Source: Macrostomum lignano (Eukaryota). Taken from it: DNA of 64,000 bases. A model generated the notes under the pieces. The model had not been told where the DNA came from and did no database searches. It worked only from the letters and a program-made list of their open reading frames with translations. The stretch is taken from positions 310,001-374,000 of the forward strand of contig NIVC01000221.1 in assembly GCA_002269645.1 (NCBI GenBank), read 5' to 3'. The position numbers and the translations under genes are program-made. Below, piece after piece: positions 1 to 39,456 of this stretch (positions are counted from its first letter, which is position 1; every line of letters begins with the position of its first letter).

Positions 1-591
1 ATTTTTGTAAATTTTTGTTCATAAATATTGTCTTAGGGAAGGCAGTTGAGGTAGGCCTTATTTTAGCATTGTTCGTTTCCTAGAAAATAGTGTATTTGAA
101 ACTAGACTATTTTGTTTTAACACGTATAATATTAGTAATATTGTAAATATTTTAAATATTATGAAATTTTATTTGTTTAAAAGACCAAATCGAGAGGAGT
201 ATAAATACACGAGCTGAATAAGAAGGAGAGCAACTGGTGCAACTTGTGCTTCGTTGGCTTCAAGCCTAAAACTGTTCTAGTATATTGCTCAATACTCACT
301 GACTTAGTTATTTTAGAAAGCATCAGAAGCCTCAAAATTGAGAGAGTTCAACCCGTTCTTAGTGAACGAGACAACCAGATCTAGAATCTGAGAAATCGCC
401 TGTAGAAGGCAGAAATCCTACCACAGGGTAGAGAAGTCCAGACTCAGAGTCTGAGAAACCCGCCTCAGGGCAGAATACCCAGCGAAGTGCGCTGTGACCC
501 TCTGATCCCGGGAACGCCCAGGACTGAATCTTTAGAGTATAGGAATAGAATAGACAGTGCCTAAGAGACCGCTCAGGCCCGAAAGTACAGT

Positions 592-716
592 AAAAGTACA
601 TACGCTACCAATAGAAGTACAGACGCTACCAATAAAAGTACATACACTACCAATAGAAGTACAGACGCTACCAATAAAAGTACATACACTACCAATAGAA
701 GTACATGCACTACAAG
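592..716. repeat. 21-bp tandem repeat (AAGTACAkACrCTACCAATAr), about 6 units
   Basis: Read directly. Confidence 0.85.
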
Positions 717-1617
717 TAGAGGTCAAGTAATAACCAGCAATATTAACAAAAAGGAATAACCCCTGCAACAACTTTAGTGACAGCGGTGAAATCATTTGTA
801 GGGACAGAAGTTAACCACCAGCATATTCTCCTCTACTAATATTTGTGTGCTGCTTAAGTTAAATATTTTACTTAGATTTTGACAATTTTACTCACGTCAA
901 ATTTTTGTAAATTTTTGTTCATAAATATTGTCTTAGGGAAGGCAGTTGAGGTAGGAGAATATTAGTAGAGGCAGAAGTAACCCCTACGACATGTACGTGA
1001 CAATATAATAATGAATAATAAAAAAACGTATATTAAATGTCAATCAATCAATAAAATAAACGATAGTCGATACGATAGTCGTTATTTCCAATGTTGTTTC
1101 AATTTCAAATTTCATTAATCAACTTAACAAACTTAACAAATTTGCGCCTTTCGCGGCTTTTGTTGCGTCTTTTTGCTTATATTTTGCAAATAGAAGCCAT
1201 GATTGAACTGCTTGAACTTCCATTGATATTGATTCAATTTAGATACTTAATACTTGATGGTGCTTTTTCAAGTGTATTTTTCTCGGTGCATGGCGCACAA
1301 GTAATTTTTTTTCTCGGCGCAAGCGGCGCACAACAAAAATTTGGATGGATGTTATTCCGGCGCACACGCTGCACCTTCCTGACCATGGTGCCTATAATAG
1401 CCTATGCTTTTGAATTAGGTTGGGCCTATGCAACTTAAAGGAATATTATAATATGACTTATGCCTAGGATGCCCAGGATTATGCCCAGGATTTTGTAAGC
1501 TATTACTATACTAGGCATAATATTATTATTAGCCTAGGCCTACTAAGCTAAAACATAGGGCATTGGGGATAGACAAGAGGTGGCTAGGTCTAGGCAAAAC
1601 TGTTTTTATATGCTTAC

Positions 1618-1786
1618 CAAGTTCCAAAGCATTGCGAGCACAAGGATAGCTGTCATCAAGTCTGGAGAGCTCTTCTTCGTAGTATTCTATTTCTTGCTGT
1701 CTTTGTTGATCACGCTGAGATCGAAAGCCACCAACTCCACCGTGGCTCATGTCCAACTCTCCCTGGCCATCATCGTGTTCAGTCAT
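1618..1786 (-). CDS. Possible first coding exon of an unidentified minus-strand gene
   Basis: MTEHDDGQGELDMSHG...EEELSRLDDSYPCARNALEL followed by a GTAAGC donor; no recognisable domain. Confidence 0.3.
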
Positions 1787-4700
1787 ATCTTATAAGTTCG
1801 GTCTTTGGTATTTACTAAAATTAGGTTTTCAAACCAAATTAGTGGCAAATAAGCAAGTAAGAAGCCCTATTTATGCAAATTAAACTGAATGTGTAATGTA
1901 CCAATTCGTAAGCCTAGAAATTACGTATTCTTTTAAGCGAACTTCGAGTATGGGACTAATTACTTTGGTAAAAAATGAGAGCGTCGTCGTATCGTAAGGC
2001 TCTTTTACTATGGCTGTTTACGATAACTGACAATGCCGGAAAACACCGTTATAAACTGAATAAACTAGCTACAATTGGGAATAAAACATATCAGCAGAAT
2101 TTAGGCGTAAATTAAACGGAGAGAACTTTAAAAAAATGCACTAACTTATTAGAACTAGGCTTTGTATTTTCGGAATTCGTTTTATTATTACAACTGAAGA
2201 CAAGATTTCTGGATTTTTGCACTTATTTAAAAACTTCATAATTCGATTTCCTAAAGTGTTTTTCGATAAAAGCACATTATGCAAAATAGAATAGACGTCA
2301 ATGTTTTTGTATATTTATGTATGTTTTTGTTTTTATCATTTTTTTTGTTTATATCCCCCCTAACACTGTTCGGCCATTTCAAGTTTAGCTTGCTGTGCCT
2401 GTACCTGCACAGCAGTATTTCTTCTGATGATCGTTCACACACAAAACTAACAATTCATAAAACAAAAGTTTGTCAGCACTAAGTGAAAACAGTCTACGGA
2501 TCAAGTAGATATAAGGCCCATGAAATTATTTCATTGCCCGAAATTATTTGTGGAATTATGAAATACATCCTCGTGTCTTTGCAAACATTAGTGTTCCAAC
2601 ACGGAAAATCAGACTGTGTAGGCCTAAAACGCGTATAATCTCTAAAATTGATGAATGTAATTTTGAGGCTGATGAAATCTTTTATGTCGGCATTCAATCA
2701 ATCTGAGTCTAGCCCCTACTTTGTTTTAAAAGAATAACTTCTAAGAAATTATAAATCAGTTTAAGTTGGCGATTTTAATTCTGAAGGCTTGGACCCTCCC
2801 TCCCTCAGTTACTCAGTATAATATTTCGTATTTGTAATCCGCTTCCATATTAGGCCTAGTCGCTGGCTCGAATGCATCAATCATGCCGATCAAGCATTGG
2901 CTCGATCCACTAAAACCAAAACTAGGACGATTGTCTCGTCAGTACTACTTACTTAGGGCAGGCTAGCTGCTGGCTGCAGCGCCAGTCACTGGCTCCCTGG
3001 CACTGGCAGGTGGCAGTCAGGGCCTACAATATCTATAAATAAAAAAATATCGAGCTCTTTACTTCCCTGAAATGTCAAACTACGGACAAGATTGTTTGAA
3101 TTAGAGACTATTTCGTTTTAGATGACCCCCAGTGCTTTTAGTTTTAGGAGGAAGCTTGCTTTTTGGAACTTTGGATGGTCTACTTTTTGTGTCGTAGCAG
3201 TTAACTTTTGCTGACACATTTTCAGACACTAATTCCAGAAGTTATACAGGTCTGTCATGTGTGAAGTAGAGTGTAAACTCTAGTTTAGGCTAGTAGGTAT
3301 ATGTCATGTTAGATTGAAAATTAAATACTAAAATAGTTGATAAATATATTGCTAAAGCTTAATCATTTGCTAAAGCAAATTTAATCATGCAAGTTTTTAA
3401 ACAAATAAAAGCTAAGCACATATAAACCATTAAGAGTTTCACAAGTTTGCCAGATATGTACATGTATATTATTTTTATCAGTCAATAATGACAAATTATG
3501 CCAAGCTCAATAACTTAATAAGGTCCCTATTGGAATAAGTTTCAAAAGCCCATGGATGCGCAACATGGGTACCAAAATTGTGCCCTCAAAAGCGCAATGT
3601 GACCCCAAATTTTGTTGACTAGGGGGCGGCTACACGCATTGCAACACCAATGTCTATTGACCAAATGACTAGGGGAGGGGGGAAGACACCATAGCAGCCA
3701 CAATGCAATTGACAATTCCCATTCTACCATTCACCCCCAACACTGAGACCACCATGGCCATGGGGCAAGGGACAAGAGTATTCCTTTCAATTTTGCAGAA
3801 AAATCCCAGTCATAAAAACCAATGGTAGTTTCAAATAAAAAGAAAGCTAAAGTTGGCTGATCAACTAACTTTGTTTATTTGAAATTGAAAAGATTGTACA
3901 TTGGTTCACTAGTAGCTTATATATATAACCTTTGGTTTACAATCATCCAAAGCTGGCTGTACGAAACCATGTCAACCCTAGCTTAGTATAATTAATCTTC
4001 AGTGCCACACCCCTCTCACTTTTGGTTTACAATCACTTTTACACATGTACTCCATTGAAATGATCTTAAACCAAAGCTGGCTGTAGGAAAGCATGTCAAC
4101 ACTTAGTACTGCACTTTCTTATGGCTAGCTTCAGTTCTTAATCATTTTAATGGGCAACATATGTTTGGGTGATCATAAACCAAAGGTGAAAAATATAGGC
4201 TACTGTAGCTCAAACTTGCAACTTGATAGTTGAAATTAGTTTGACAGGTTTTCCTATTGCCAGCTTTAGTTTACATTTTACAATCATTTCAATGGGTAGC
4301 ATACATTTAGGTGATCATAAACTGAAAGTGAAATATAAGGTGCTACAACAATCTTACCATCTTTTGAAATAAACAAAGTCAGTTCGCCAACATTTGATTT
4401 TGTTTCATTGGAAACTATGGATTTTATGTCTTACAACTGTTTTTTGTGGTGATTGTCACTGTTTAAGGTGATTGTCACTGTTTGGGGGGATCGTAAACTG
4501 AAGGAATACTAGCATTTTTTGCCTTAGCACTGGTATAAATGGGGAATATTTGATGCATACCAAAAAAAAAATTAGTGCACATCCATTCCCAAAAATATGC
4601 TCGTGTTGCAATAATAAATGACCTTTTTTAGCTTTTGACAATGAATGGCCTTCTTTAAATTGCATAATAAGACCCTTACCAGCATGTAATTTAGTTGATT

Positions 4701-5947
4701 TTTATTCTTTTTTGGCAATACTATTTATAGCAGAAAATTAATACATGCAAAGATTTGTTTAAATGCTTCTTACAAGCTTGAAAAAACTGGAAAGCTTGAA
4801 ATTTACACTTGAAATTTAACTTTTTTTCAGTTTTTTTTTACTTCCCAAAAACTTTTATGCCTGATTCCATAAATTACATGCCAGGTGTGCACACATACTT
4901 TTTTCTTAGGAGTGACATGCCAATTGTGCGCACTTAATTTTGGCATGCAAGGCCAGTTCACGCCTGAATTTTTGGGCATATATTACATGATCTGGAGTGT
5001 GGCATGGACATGTCTCTAGGATTTTCTATAGGCCCCTAAAAGTTAGGCTATACCCTGGCACTAATGCTAGAAGGCCTAGATCTTTTTAAGCTAAGCTTAA
5101 GAGATGCTTAAGACATTAAATCAAGTCATGAGGCCTAACCTCTATGCTTAAATTGTACATATATGCCAAAAACTTCTAGCATACAATAGATATGAAAAAA
5201 AAGGTTAATATAAAATATCTAGAATATAGAACAAATTGCATCAGAAAGGGACAAAGCTATAGCATAGCTATTGGCATACAAGACATACAATATGTAATAT
5301 AAGAAAATATCTTAATATTGTTGCAATGCAAAAAACATCCATAAACTTGAAGTTATGGTTTTTATTAGGGTAATTTTTTCTAGTGTGCCGTGCAATATAT
5401 TTGAAAGTGTGGGAGTGGGACCTAACAAATTTTTAACAGTTAAGTCAATCTTGAGTAGTTTTTGATAAGGCCCTTTATTATGCCACATGCTTGCTAAAAG
5501 TATAGGTATACTTTTTGGTGCCTAGCAACTTGGTACCCTAGTTTGCTTTTTGGTACCTTAGCAATAAGCATACAAATAAATGTTGATAATTAAATTAGTA
5601 ATATTAGATTTAATTGAATATAATTAGTATTAAACAAAATTATTTTGAGTATATTTATTTTTGCTTCAATTGCTAGCTGGTACCTTCCAAATAAAGTTTA
5701 TTGAATAAAACTGTTACAAGAATAAATTAGAACAAGTTAGCTTAAAAATAAATAACACCTAAGTTCAAGTAAAATGGTTGCAGATGTGTTATCATATTTT
5801 ATTAATAATAAAAAAAGAAAATATTAATTTGGCATCTTACTCAAATTTATAATTATTGAACTGAATCAAGGCAAAGTTAAGTATCTTGCTCAAGAAAACA
5901 TTGCTTTTTGTGGTCAAGAATTAAATATTTAAACCTTTCAGTTGTAA

Positions 5948-6228
5948 GAGAGTTATAGCCTAATTTTTAGAGTATCAGACTTACAACTTATAGGTCAGGG
6001 GTTCAATTCCCAATCCCACTGGGACAATTTTTGTCCTTGAGCAAGACACTAATAACTCTGCATTGCTTCAGTTCACCCAGCTGTAAAATGGGTGCCAGCA
6101 TTAGCTGGGGTAATTGAGTGTGTGTGGTGACCCACCAGTCCTTGGACTGAACAGCCGTATGCAGCTCTCAGATGCGCTGTGCAATAGCTGCAGCTGAGCT
6201 GTCGGTTGCACATCTGGCCCTAGTTGGG
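5948..6228 (+). mobile_element. tRNA-derived CORE-like SINE, diverged copy
   Basis: Homologous to 17668-17945; degraded tRNA head followed by GTCCTTGAGCAAGACACT...CAGCTGTAAAATGGG. Confidence 0.75.
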
Positions 6229-6313
6229 CATAACATACATAGCATAAAATGTAATGAATGCATACATGTGTGAGCTCAAACAATCACTTCGCTGATGACT
6301 CAGCCGAGCTGTC

Positions 6314-19722
<13,409 letters not shown>

Positions 19723-19829
19723 GACAGGTCGCGAGTTCGAATCCCAGCTTTAATTAGACTTCCGTGTTAAATTTATACTGCCAGTTCTCATAACTTAAGC
19801 CAACCATGCATATTGTTGCACTTTATCAA

Positions 19830-20378
19830 TCCCTGTTTCTCATGAATTTCCCCCAGTTTCTCATAAATTCCCCAGTTTCTCATGAATTCCCCCAGTTTCT
19901 CATAAATTCCCCAGTTTCTCATGAATTCCCCCATGTTTCTCATGAATTCCCCCAATGTTTCTCATGAATTCTCCTGTTTCTCATGAATTCCCCTTGTTTC
20001 TCATGAATTCCCCAGTTTTTCATGAATTCCCCGGTTTCTCATGAATTCCCCCAGTTTCTCATGAATTCCCCAGTTTCTCATGAATTCTCCAGTTTCTCAT
20101 GAATTCCTCAGTCAGTTTCTCATAAATTTCCCCAGTTTCTCATGAATTCCCCAGTTTCTCATGAATTCCCCAGTTTCTCATGAATTCTCCAGTTTCTCAT
20201 GAATTCCTCAGTCAGTTTCTCATAAATTTCCCCAGTTTCTCATGAATTCCCCTGTTTCTCATAAATTTCCCCAGTTTCTCATGAATTCCCCAGTTTCTCA
20301 TGAATTCCCCAGTTTCTCATAAATTTCCGAGTTTTTCATAAATTCCCCAGTTCCTCATGAATTCCCCCAGTTTCTCAT
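19830..20378. repeat. Minisatellite CCCCAGTTTCTCATGAATT, 19-20 bp, downstream of the CHD stop
   Basis: Read directly. Confidence 0.9.
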
Positions 20379-21149
20379 GGTTTAATCCCCTCACCAATCC
20401 CATAATTGTGAGCACTTGCTTGCGTAAAACTTGCTCAGTGTCAAAATTGAAGCAACTCATTAGCTTCATTTTTTAAATTTCTGTTATTAATATACTGTAA
20501 ATTATTGTTCACTAACCGAGTTCCTACTAATTTATAATTATTAGTAACTTCCATAAAGTTCGAAAATCATATCGTCTGACATATCCTCTGTCGCATATTT
20601 CTGGTTTTGTACAGCCTTTTGCTGCATTCATTTTGACACTCCAATTTTAAATCCGGTTTGAAACTCGCTACTGCCTACTTATTCAGTCCGCTTATCAGTA
20701 GTGCACGCCAGCCGGTATTGGAAAAACTTGCTCAGCATTTTAATCGTAAAACAATTATAAATCAGCATTGCACCGGCACTGAAAAAATAATCATTATGAA
20801 AAATTAAATGTCTGTAGCCTATAGACACTACTGCTTTTGTTTAGCCACTATAGTAGTATGTTTGCTGTGGGCCAACTTTTTATTGTTTTTTTCTGAAGCC
20901 AATTTTGCTATTATTGAACTTACTTTGTTCATGTTTCAATGGCCCAGTGTTTTAATGCCGCTATGTTTGTTGTTTAACTACTCGAGTGCATTATTGTTTA
21001 ATAATTAATATATTTTAATTGTAATTGCAGTTTCATTTCCCTTGTTTGGCGCTTATAAAATATTTCCTGCTTTTTTATATTGGAGATCAAGCACTCAGTT
21101 ATTTGAAATTGTTCTGCATTCTCTGGAGCAGATTTCTCAAATATAGCCA

Positions 21150-21500
21150 TAAGGTTCAAGGGGAATTTCTCAGATATGGCCATGAGGTTCAGTGGAATTT
21201 CTCAGGTATGGTCATGAGGTTCAGGGGAATTTTCAGCTCTAGCCATGCGGTTCAAAGGGAATTTCTCAAATAAGGCCATGAGGTTCAGGGGGAATTTCTC
21301 AGGTATGGCCATGAGGTTCAGGGGAAATTTCTTAGGTATGGCCATGAGGTTCAGGGGAAATTTCTTAGGTATGGCCATGAGGTTCAGGGGAAATTTCTCA
21401 GGTATGGCCATGAGGTTCAGGAGAATTTCTTAGGTATGGCCATGAGGTTCAGGGGAATTTCTCAGATATGACCTTTGAGGTTCAAGGGGAATTTCCCAGA
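21150..21500. repeat. Intergenic minisatellite AGGTATGGCCATGAGGTTCAGGGGAAATTTCTy, about 33 bp
   Basis: Read directly. Confidence 0.88.
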
Positions 21501-21666
21501 AAACGCGGCAAAGCGCTGAGATAAAAATTACTCAAATATGAATATAACTTTAAATTTATTTTGCCAGACATGGCTACAAGTTTTCTCTATGGAACTTGTC
21601 AGGTATAACCGCGAAGTCTCAATTTTCTTCACATTTCTTCTCGTCACTCCTGCCTCCCCTGTCGAG

Positions 21667-34411
<12,745 letters not shown>

Positions 34412-35798
34412 TCACTCAGGCTGCAATTCTCACTGCATGCTGCGCCTTTTCGATACATATCGGCCCGGACTCAAAGCCTGATTGCGTCTATTCTAATAGG
34501 CGAATGCGATTGCAATGTTAAATGTGCCATTTCTATCAATAATAATAATAATATCCTTTGCATACTACTGTCAGGCATTCAGACTGCATTTGCGATCTGC
34601 TTCATTCTCAGTTGAATGCTCTGTCGGAATGTTTCAATTGTTTTAAATAAACTGAAGGTGCTCAGTTTGAGTCTTCAGAATCGACAAAAAACAGCATTTG
34701 CTGGCGTTGGCTGCATTTTTCTATTTGAAGCTGATGGAATGAGGTGACAGCTTTCAATAAATATGAGTAGCAGTGAGTAGTATGTTTGGAAAAACCGTGA
34801 ATTTACCGCAGCTTTTGAATTGTACGCTGGTACGTTGTACGCAGATATTTTCTGTGGCTATTTTTAGCTACCGTGTACGCATATGCACGAGCAAACGTAG
34901 CTCCCCCGGGGTTCTCTGAATTCTTCTCTCCCCAGAATTTAAACAAGACAAACTCTCGAGTTACTACTGTTCAGGCTACCAGAAGATTTATATTCACAAA
35001 TGGAGATTCTATTCCTCATTAGCCGTTTGTATTTGTTTTTTTAGTTATAATATTGAATAATTAGTTTGCCACAGATAACATTATAAAATATGAAAATCAG
35101 CAGCTATCGGCCTGCGCATTAATTATTAATAAATAAGCAGAAGCAGAGAATCAAACAGAAGGGAGAAGCCTAAATCGCTCTGACGCATGCAGTCATCAGT
35201 CGCATGTCCTGAAACAACATTTGAAGCAACAGAAATCGATTTGAAGGCTGCCAATCAGTGACGTCACTTGTGCTCATTCTATAATTCTATCTGAGCTCAA
35301 TCAAGCCTGATAAACTGTAGCAGTACCTGGGCTTTTCATGTTAATTAAGATGAAAATGTGCATGTGATGTGTGCCAGTGTATCACAGCTGTCCTGTAGCA
35401 GCTCATGTGTTTATCACATTTTTCAAAATCAATAAGTTGCTTATTGAACTTTGTTTACCTGTGCCCAAGTAGATTAACTGATTCGATTCGGTTGAGCCGT
35501 GGGGTTTTCAGGCGGGGGAGTCGAGTTCACTGCTGCAGTATTATGGATTTTAACGCAACATCAACAGAATAAATAACTGAATATAATATGTATGACAAGT
35601 CAATATTTGAAGCAAATCACTGACATCTCATCTCATTTCATCTGTACAAACGTGTCAGTGTGAGTCACATTGATTTACACACAGAGATGCAGCTGCCATC
35701 GCTCAGCCATCAGGTTGCGAAGGCGTCTCTGAAAAGCCGGAGAAAGAATTTCAGCATGCAGTCAGGGCTGTCAGGCCTCAGTACTAATTTTTAAGCAA

Positions 35799-38700
35799 CA
35801 GTGTTTCCACCCCGGCGAATTTTAATCGCTTGGCGATTTTAAATTGCTGAGCGATTTTTTGTCATATGCAGCAATTTTCAGCGATGTTATATTCTTTTGA
35901 GGTAGAATCCCCCCTCCAGAATTACCTAGAGACGTGACATTCTGGGTGTAGGAATCATGAGATTCTAGTTTAAGAATCATGAGATTCTGAGGGTAAGAAT
36001 CGTGAGATTCTAAGGGTAAGAATCGTGAGATTCTGAGGGTAAGAATCGTGAGATTCTAAGGGTAAGAATCGTGAGATTCTGAGGGTAAGAATCGTGAGAT
36101 TCTGAGGGTAAGAATCGTGAGATTCTAAGGGTAAGAATCATGAGATTCTGGGGGTAAGAATCGTGAGATTCTGGGGGTAAAAATGGTGAGATTCTGAGGG
36201 TAAGAATCGTTAGATTCTGGGTGTAGGAATCGTGAGATTCTGGGTGTAGGAATCGTGAGATTCTGGGGGTAAGAATCATGAGATTCTGAGGGTAAGAATC
36301 GTGTGATTCTGGGGGTAAGAATCGTGTGATTCTGGGGGTAAGAATCGTGTGATTCTGAGGGTAAGAATCGTTAGATTCTGGGTGTAGGAATCGTGAGATT
36401 CTGGGGGTAAGAATCGTGTGATTCTGGGGGTAAGAATCGTGTGATTCTGGGGGTAAGAATCGTGTGATTCTGGGGGTAAGAATCGTGAGTTGCTGGGATA
36501 AGAATTGTGAGATTCTTGGGGTAAGAATCGTGAGATTCTGAGGGTAAGAATCGTGAGATTCTAAGGGTAAGAATCATGAGATTCTGGGGGTAAGAATCGT
36601 GAGATTCTGGGTGTAGGAATCGTGAGATTCTGGAGGTAAGAATCGTGTGATTCTGGGGGTAAGAATCGTGTGATTCTGGGGGTAAGAATCGTGTGATTCT
36701 GAGGGTAAGAATCGTTAGATTCTGGGTGTAGGAATCGTGTGATTCTGGGGGTAAGAATCGTGTGATTCTGGGGGTAAGAATCGTGTGATTCTGGGGGTAA
36801 GAATCGTGAGTTGCTGGGATAAGAATTGTGAGATTCTAAGGGTAAGAATCATGAGATTCTGGGGGTAAGAATCGTGAGATTCTGGGGGTAAAAATGGTGA
36901 GATTCTGAGGGTAAGAATCGTTAGATTCTGGGGGTAAGAATCATGAGATTCTGAGGGTAAGAATCGTGTGATTCTGGGGGTAAGAATCGTGTGATTCTGG
37001 GGGTAAGAATCGTGTGATTCTGAGGGTAAGAATCGTTAGATTCTGGGTGTAGGAATCGTGAGATTCTGGGGGTAAGAATCGTGTGATTCTGGGGGTAAGA
37101 ATCGTGTGATTCTGGGGGTAAGAATCGTGTGATTCTGGGGGTAAGAATCGTGTGATTCTGGGGGTAAGAATCGTGAGTTGCTGGGATAAGAATTGTGAGA
37201 TTCTGGGGTAAGAATCGTGTGATTCTGGGGGTAAGAATCGTGTGATTCTGGGGTAAGAATCGTGTGATTCTGGGGGTAAGAATCGTGTGATTCTGGGGTA
37301 AGAATCGTGAGTTGCTGGGATAAGAATTGTGAGATTCTTGGGGTAAGAATCGTGTGATTCTGGGGGTAAGAATCGTGTGATTCTGGGGGTAAGAATCGTG
37401 TGATTCTGGGGGTAAGAATCGTGAGTTGCTGGGATAAGAATTGTGAGATTCTGGGGGTAAGAATCGCGTGATTCTGGGGGTAAGAATCGTGTGATTCTGG
37501 GGGTAAGAATCGTGTGATTCTGGGGGTAAGAATCGTGTGATTCTGGGGGTAAGAATCGTGTGATTCTGGGGGTAAGAATCGTGTGATTCTGGGGGTAAGA
37601 ATCGTGTGATTCTGGGGGTAAGAATCGTGTGATTCTGGGGGTAAGAATCGTGAGTTGCTGGGATAAGAATTGTGAGATTCTTGGGGTAAGAATCGTGTGA
37701 TTCTGGGGGTAAGAATCGTGTGATTCTGGGGGTAAGAATCGTGTGATTCTGGGGGTAAGAATCGTGAGTTGCTGGGATAAGAATCGTGTGATTCTGGGGG
37801 TAAGAATCGTGTGATTCTGGGGGTAAGAATCGTGTGATTCTGGGGGTAAGAATCGTGTGATTCTGGGGGTAAGAATCGTGTGATTCTGGGGGTAAGAATC
37901 GTGTGATTCTGGGGTAAGAATCGTGAGTTGCTGGGATAAGAATTGTGAGATTCTGGGGGTAAGAATCGTGTGATTCTGGGGGTAAGAATCGTGTGATTCT
38001 GGGGGTAAGAATCGTGTGATTCTGGGGGTAAGAATCGTGAGTTGCTGGGATAAGAATTGTGTGATTCTGGGGGTAAGAATCGTGTGATTCTGGGGGTAAG
38101 AATCGTGTGATTCTGGGGGTAAGAATCGTGAAATTCTGAGGGTAAGAATCGTGTGATTCTGGGGGTAAGAATCGTGAAATTCTGAGGGTAAGAATCGTGT
38201 GATTCTGGGGGTAAGAATCGTGAAATTCTGGGGGTAAGAATCGTGTGATTCTGGGGGTAAGAATCGTGTGATTCTGGGGGTAAGAATCGTGAAATTCTGG
38301 GGGTAAGAATCGTGTGATTCTGGGGGTAAGAATCGTGTGATTCTGGGGGTAAGAATCGTGAAATTCTGAGGGTAAGAATCGTGTGATTCTGGGGGTAAGA
38401 ATCGTGTGATTCTGGGGGTAAGAATCGTGAAATTCTGGGGGTAAGAATCGTGTGATTCTGGGGGTAAGAATCGTGTGATTCTGGGGGTAAGAATCGTGTG
38501 ATTCTGGGGGTAAGAATCGTGAAATTCTGAGGGTAAGAATCGTGTGATTCTGGGGGTAAGAATCGTGTGATTCTGGGGGTAAGAATCGTGAAATTCTGAG
38601 GGTAAGAATCGTGTGATTCTGGGGGTAAGAATCGTGAAATTCTGAGGGTAAGAATCGTGTGATTCTGGGGATAAGAATTGTGAGATTCTTGGGGTAAGAA

Positions 38701-39456
38701 TCGTGAAATTCTGCGATAAGAATCGTGTGATTCTGGGGGTAAGAATCGTGTGATTCTGGGGGTAAGAATCGTGAAATTCTGAGGGTAAGAATCGTGTGAT
38801 TCTGGGGGTAAGAATCGTGAAATTCTGCGATAAGAATTGTGAGATTCTTGGGGTAAGAATCGTGAAATTCTGCGATAAGAATTGTGAGATTCTTGGGGTA
38901 AGAATCGTGAAATTCTGCGATAAGAATTGTGAGATTCTTGGGGTAAGAATCGTGAAATTCTGCGATAAGAATTGTGAGATTCTTGGGGTAAGAATCGTGA
39001 AATTCTGCGATAAGAATTGTGAGATTCTTGGGGTAAGAATCGTGAAATTCTGCGATAAGAATTGTGAGATTCTTGGGGTAAGAATCGTGAAATTCTGCGA
39101 TAAGAATTGTGAGATTCTTGGGGTAAGAATCGTGAAATTCTGCGATAAGAATTGTGAGATTCTTGGGGTAAGAATCGTGAAATTCTGCGATAAGAATTGT
39201 GAGATTCTTGGGGTAAGAATCGTGAAATTCTGCGATAAGAATTGTGAGATTCTTGGGGTAAGAATCGTGAAATTCTGCGATAAGAATTGTGAGATTCTTG
39301 GGGTAAGAATCGTGAAATTCTGCGATAAGAATTGTGAGATTCTTGGGGTAAGAATCGTGAAATTCTGCGATAAGAATCATGCTCAAAACAATGCTTTTTA
39401 TTTCAAAGTTGCAGCGATTTTTGCGAGCCAAGTGTCGGTGCCAACAAAAAAATGTG
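35799..39456. mobile_element. Putative non-autonomous DNA-transposon-like (hAT-like) insertion flanked by the 8-bp duplication TTAAGCAA
   Basis: TTAAGCAA at 35791-35798 and 39457-39464; left end CAGTGTTTCC; absent from the paralog at 59177-59191; no matching right TIR. Confidence 0.55.
35935..39380. repeat. 3.4-kb minisatellite GATTCTGGGGGTAAGAATCGTGT, 23 bp, with variant blocks
   Basis: Read directly. Confidence 0.97.

Noticed and set aside
1091-1438. 115-aa plus-strand ORF
   Set aside because: No homology and AT-rich composition; the reverse frame gives only a weak short candidate exon.
19727-19752. B-box-like GAGTTCGAATCC after the CHD stop
   Set aside because: No A box or SINE body; probably a chance match or tiny remnant.
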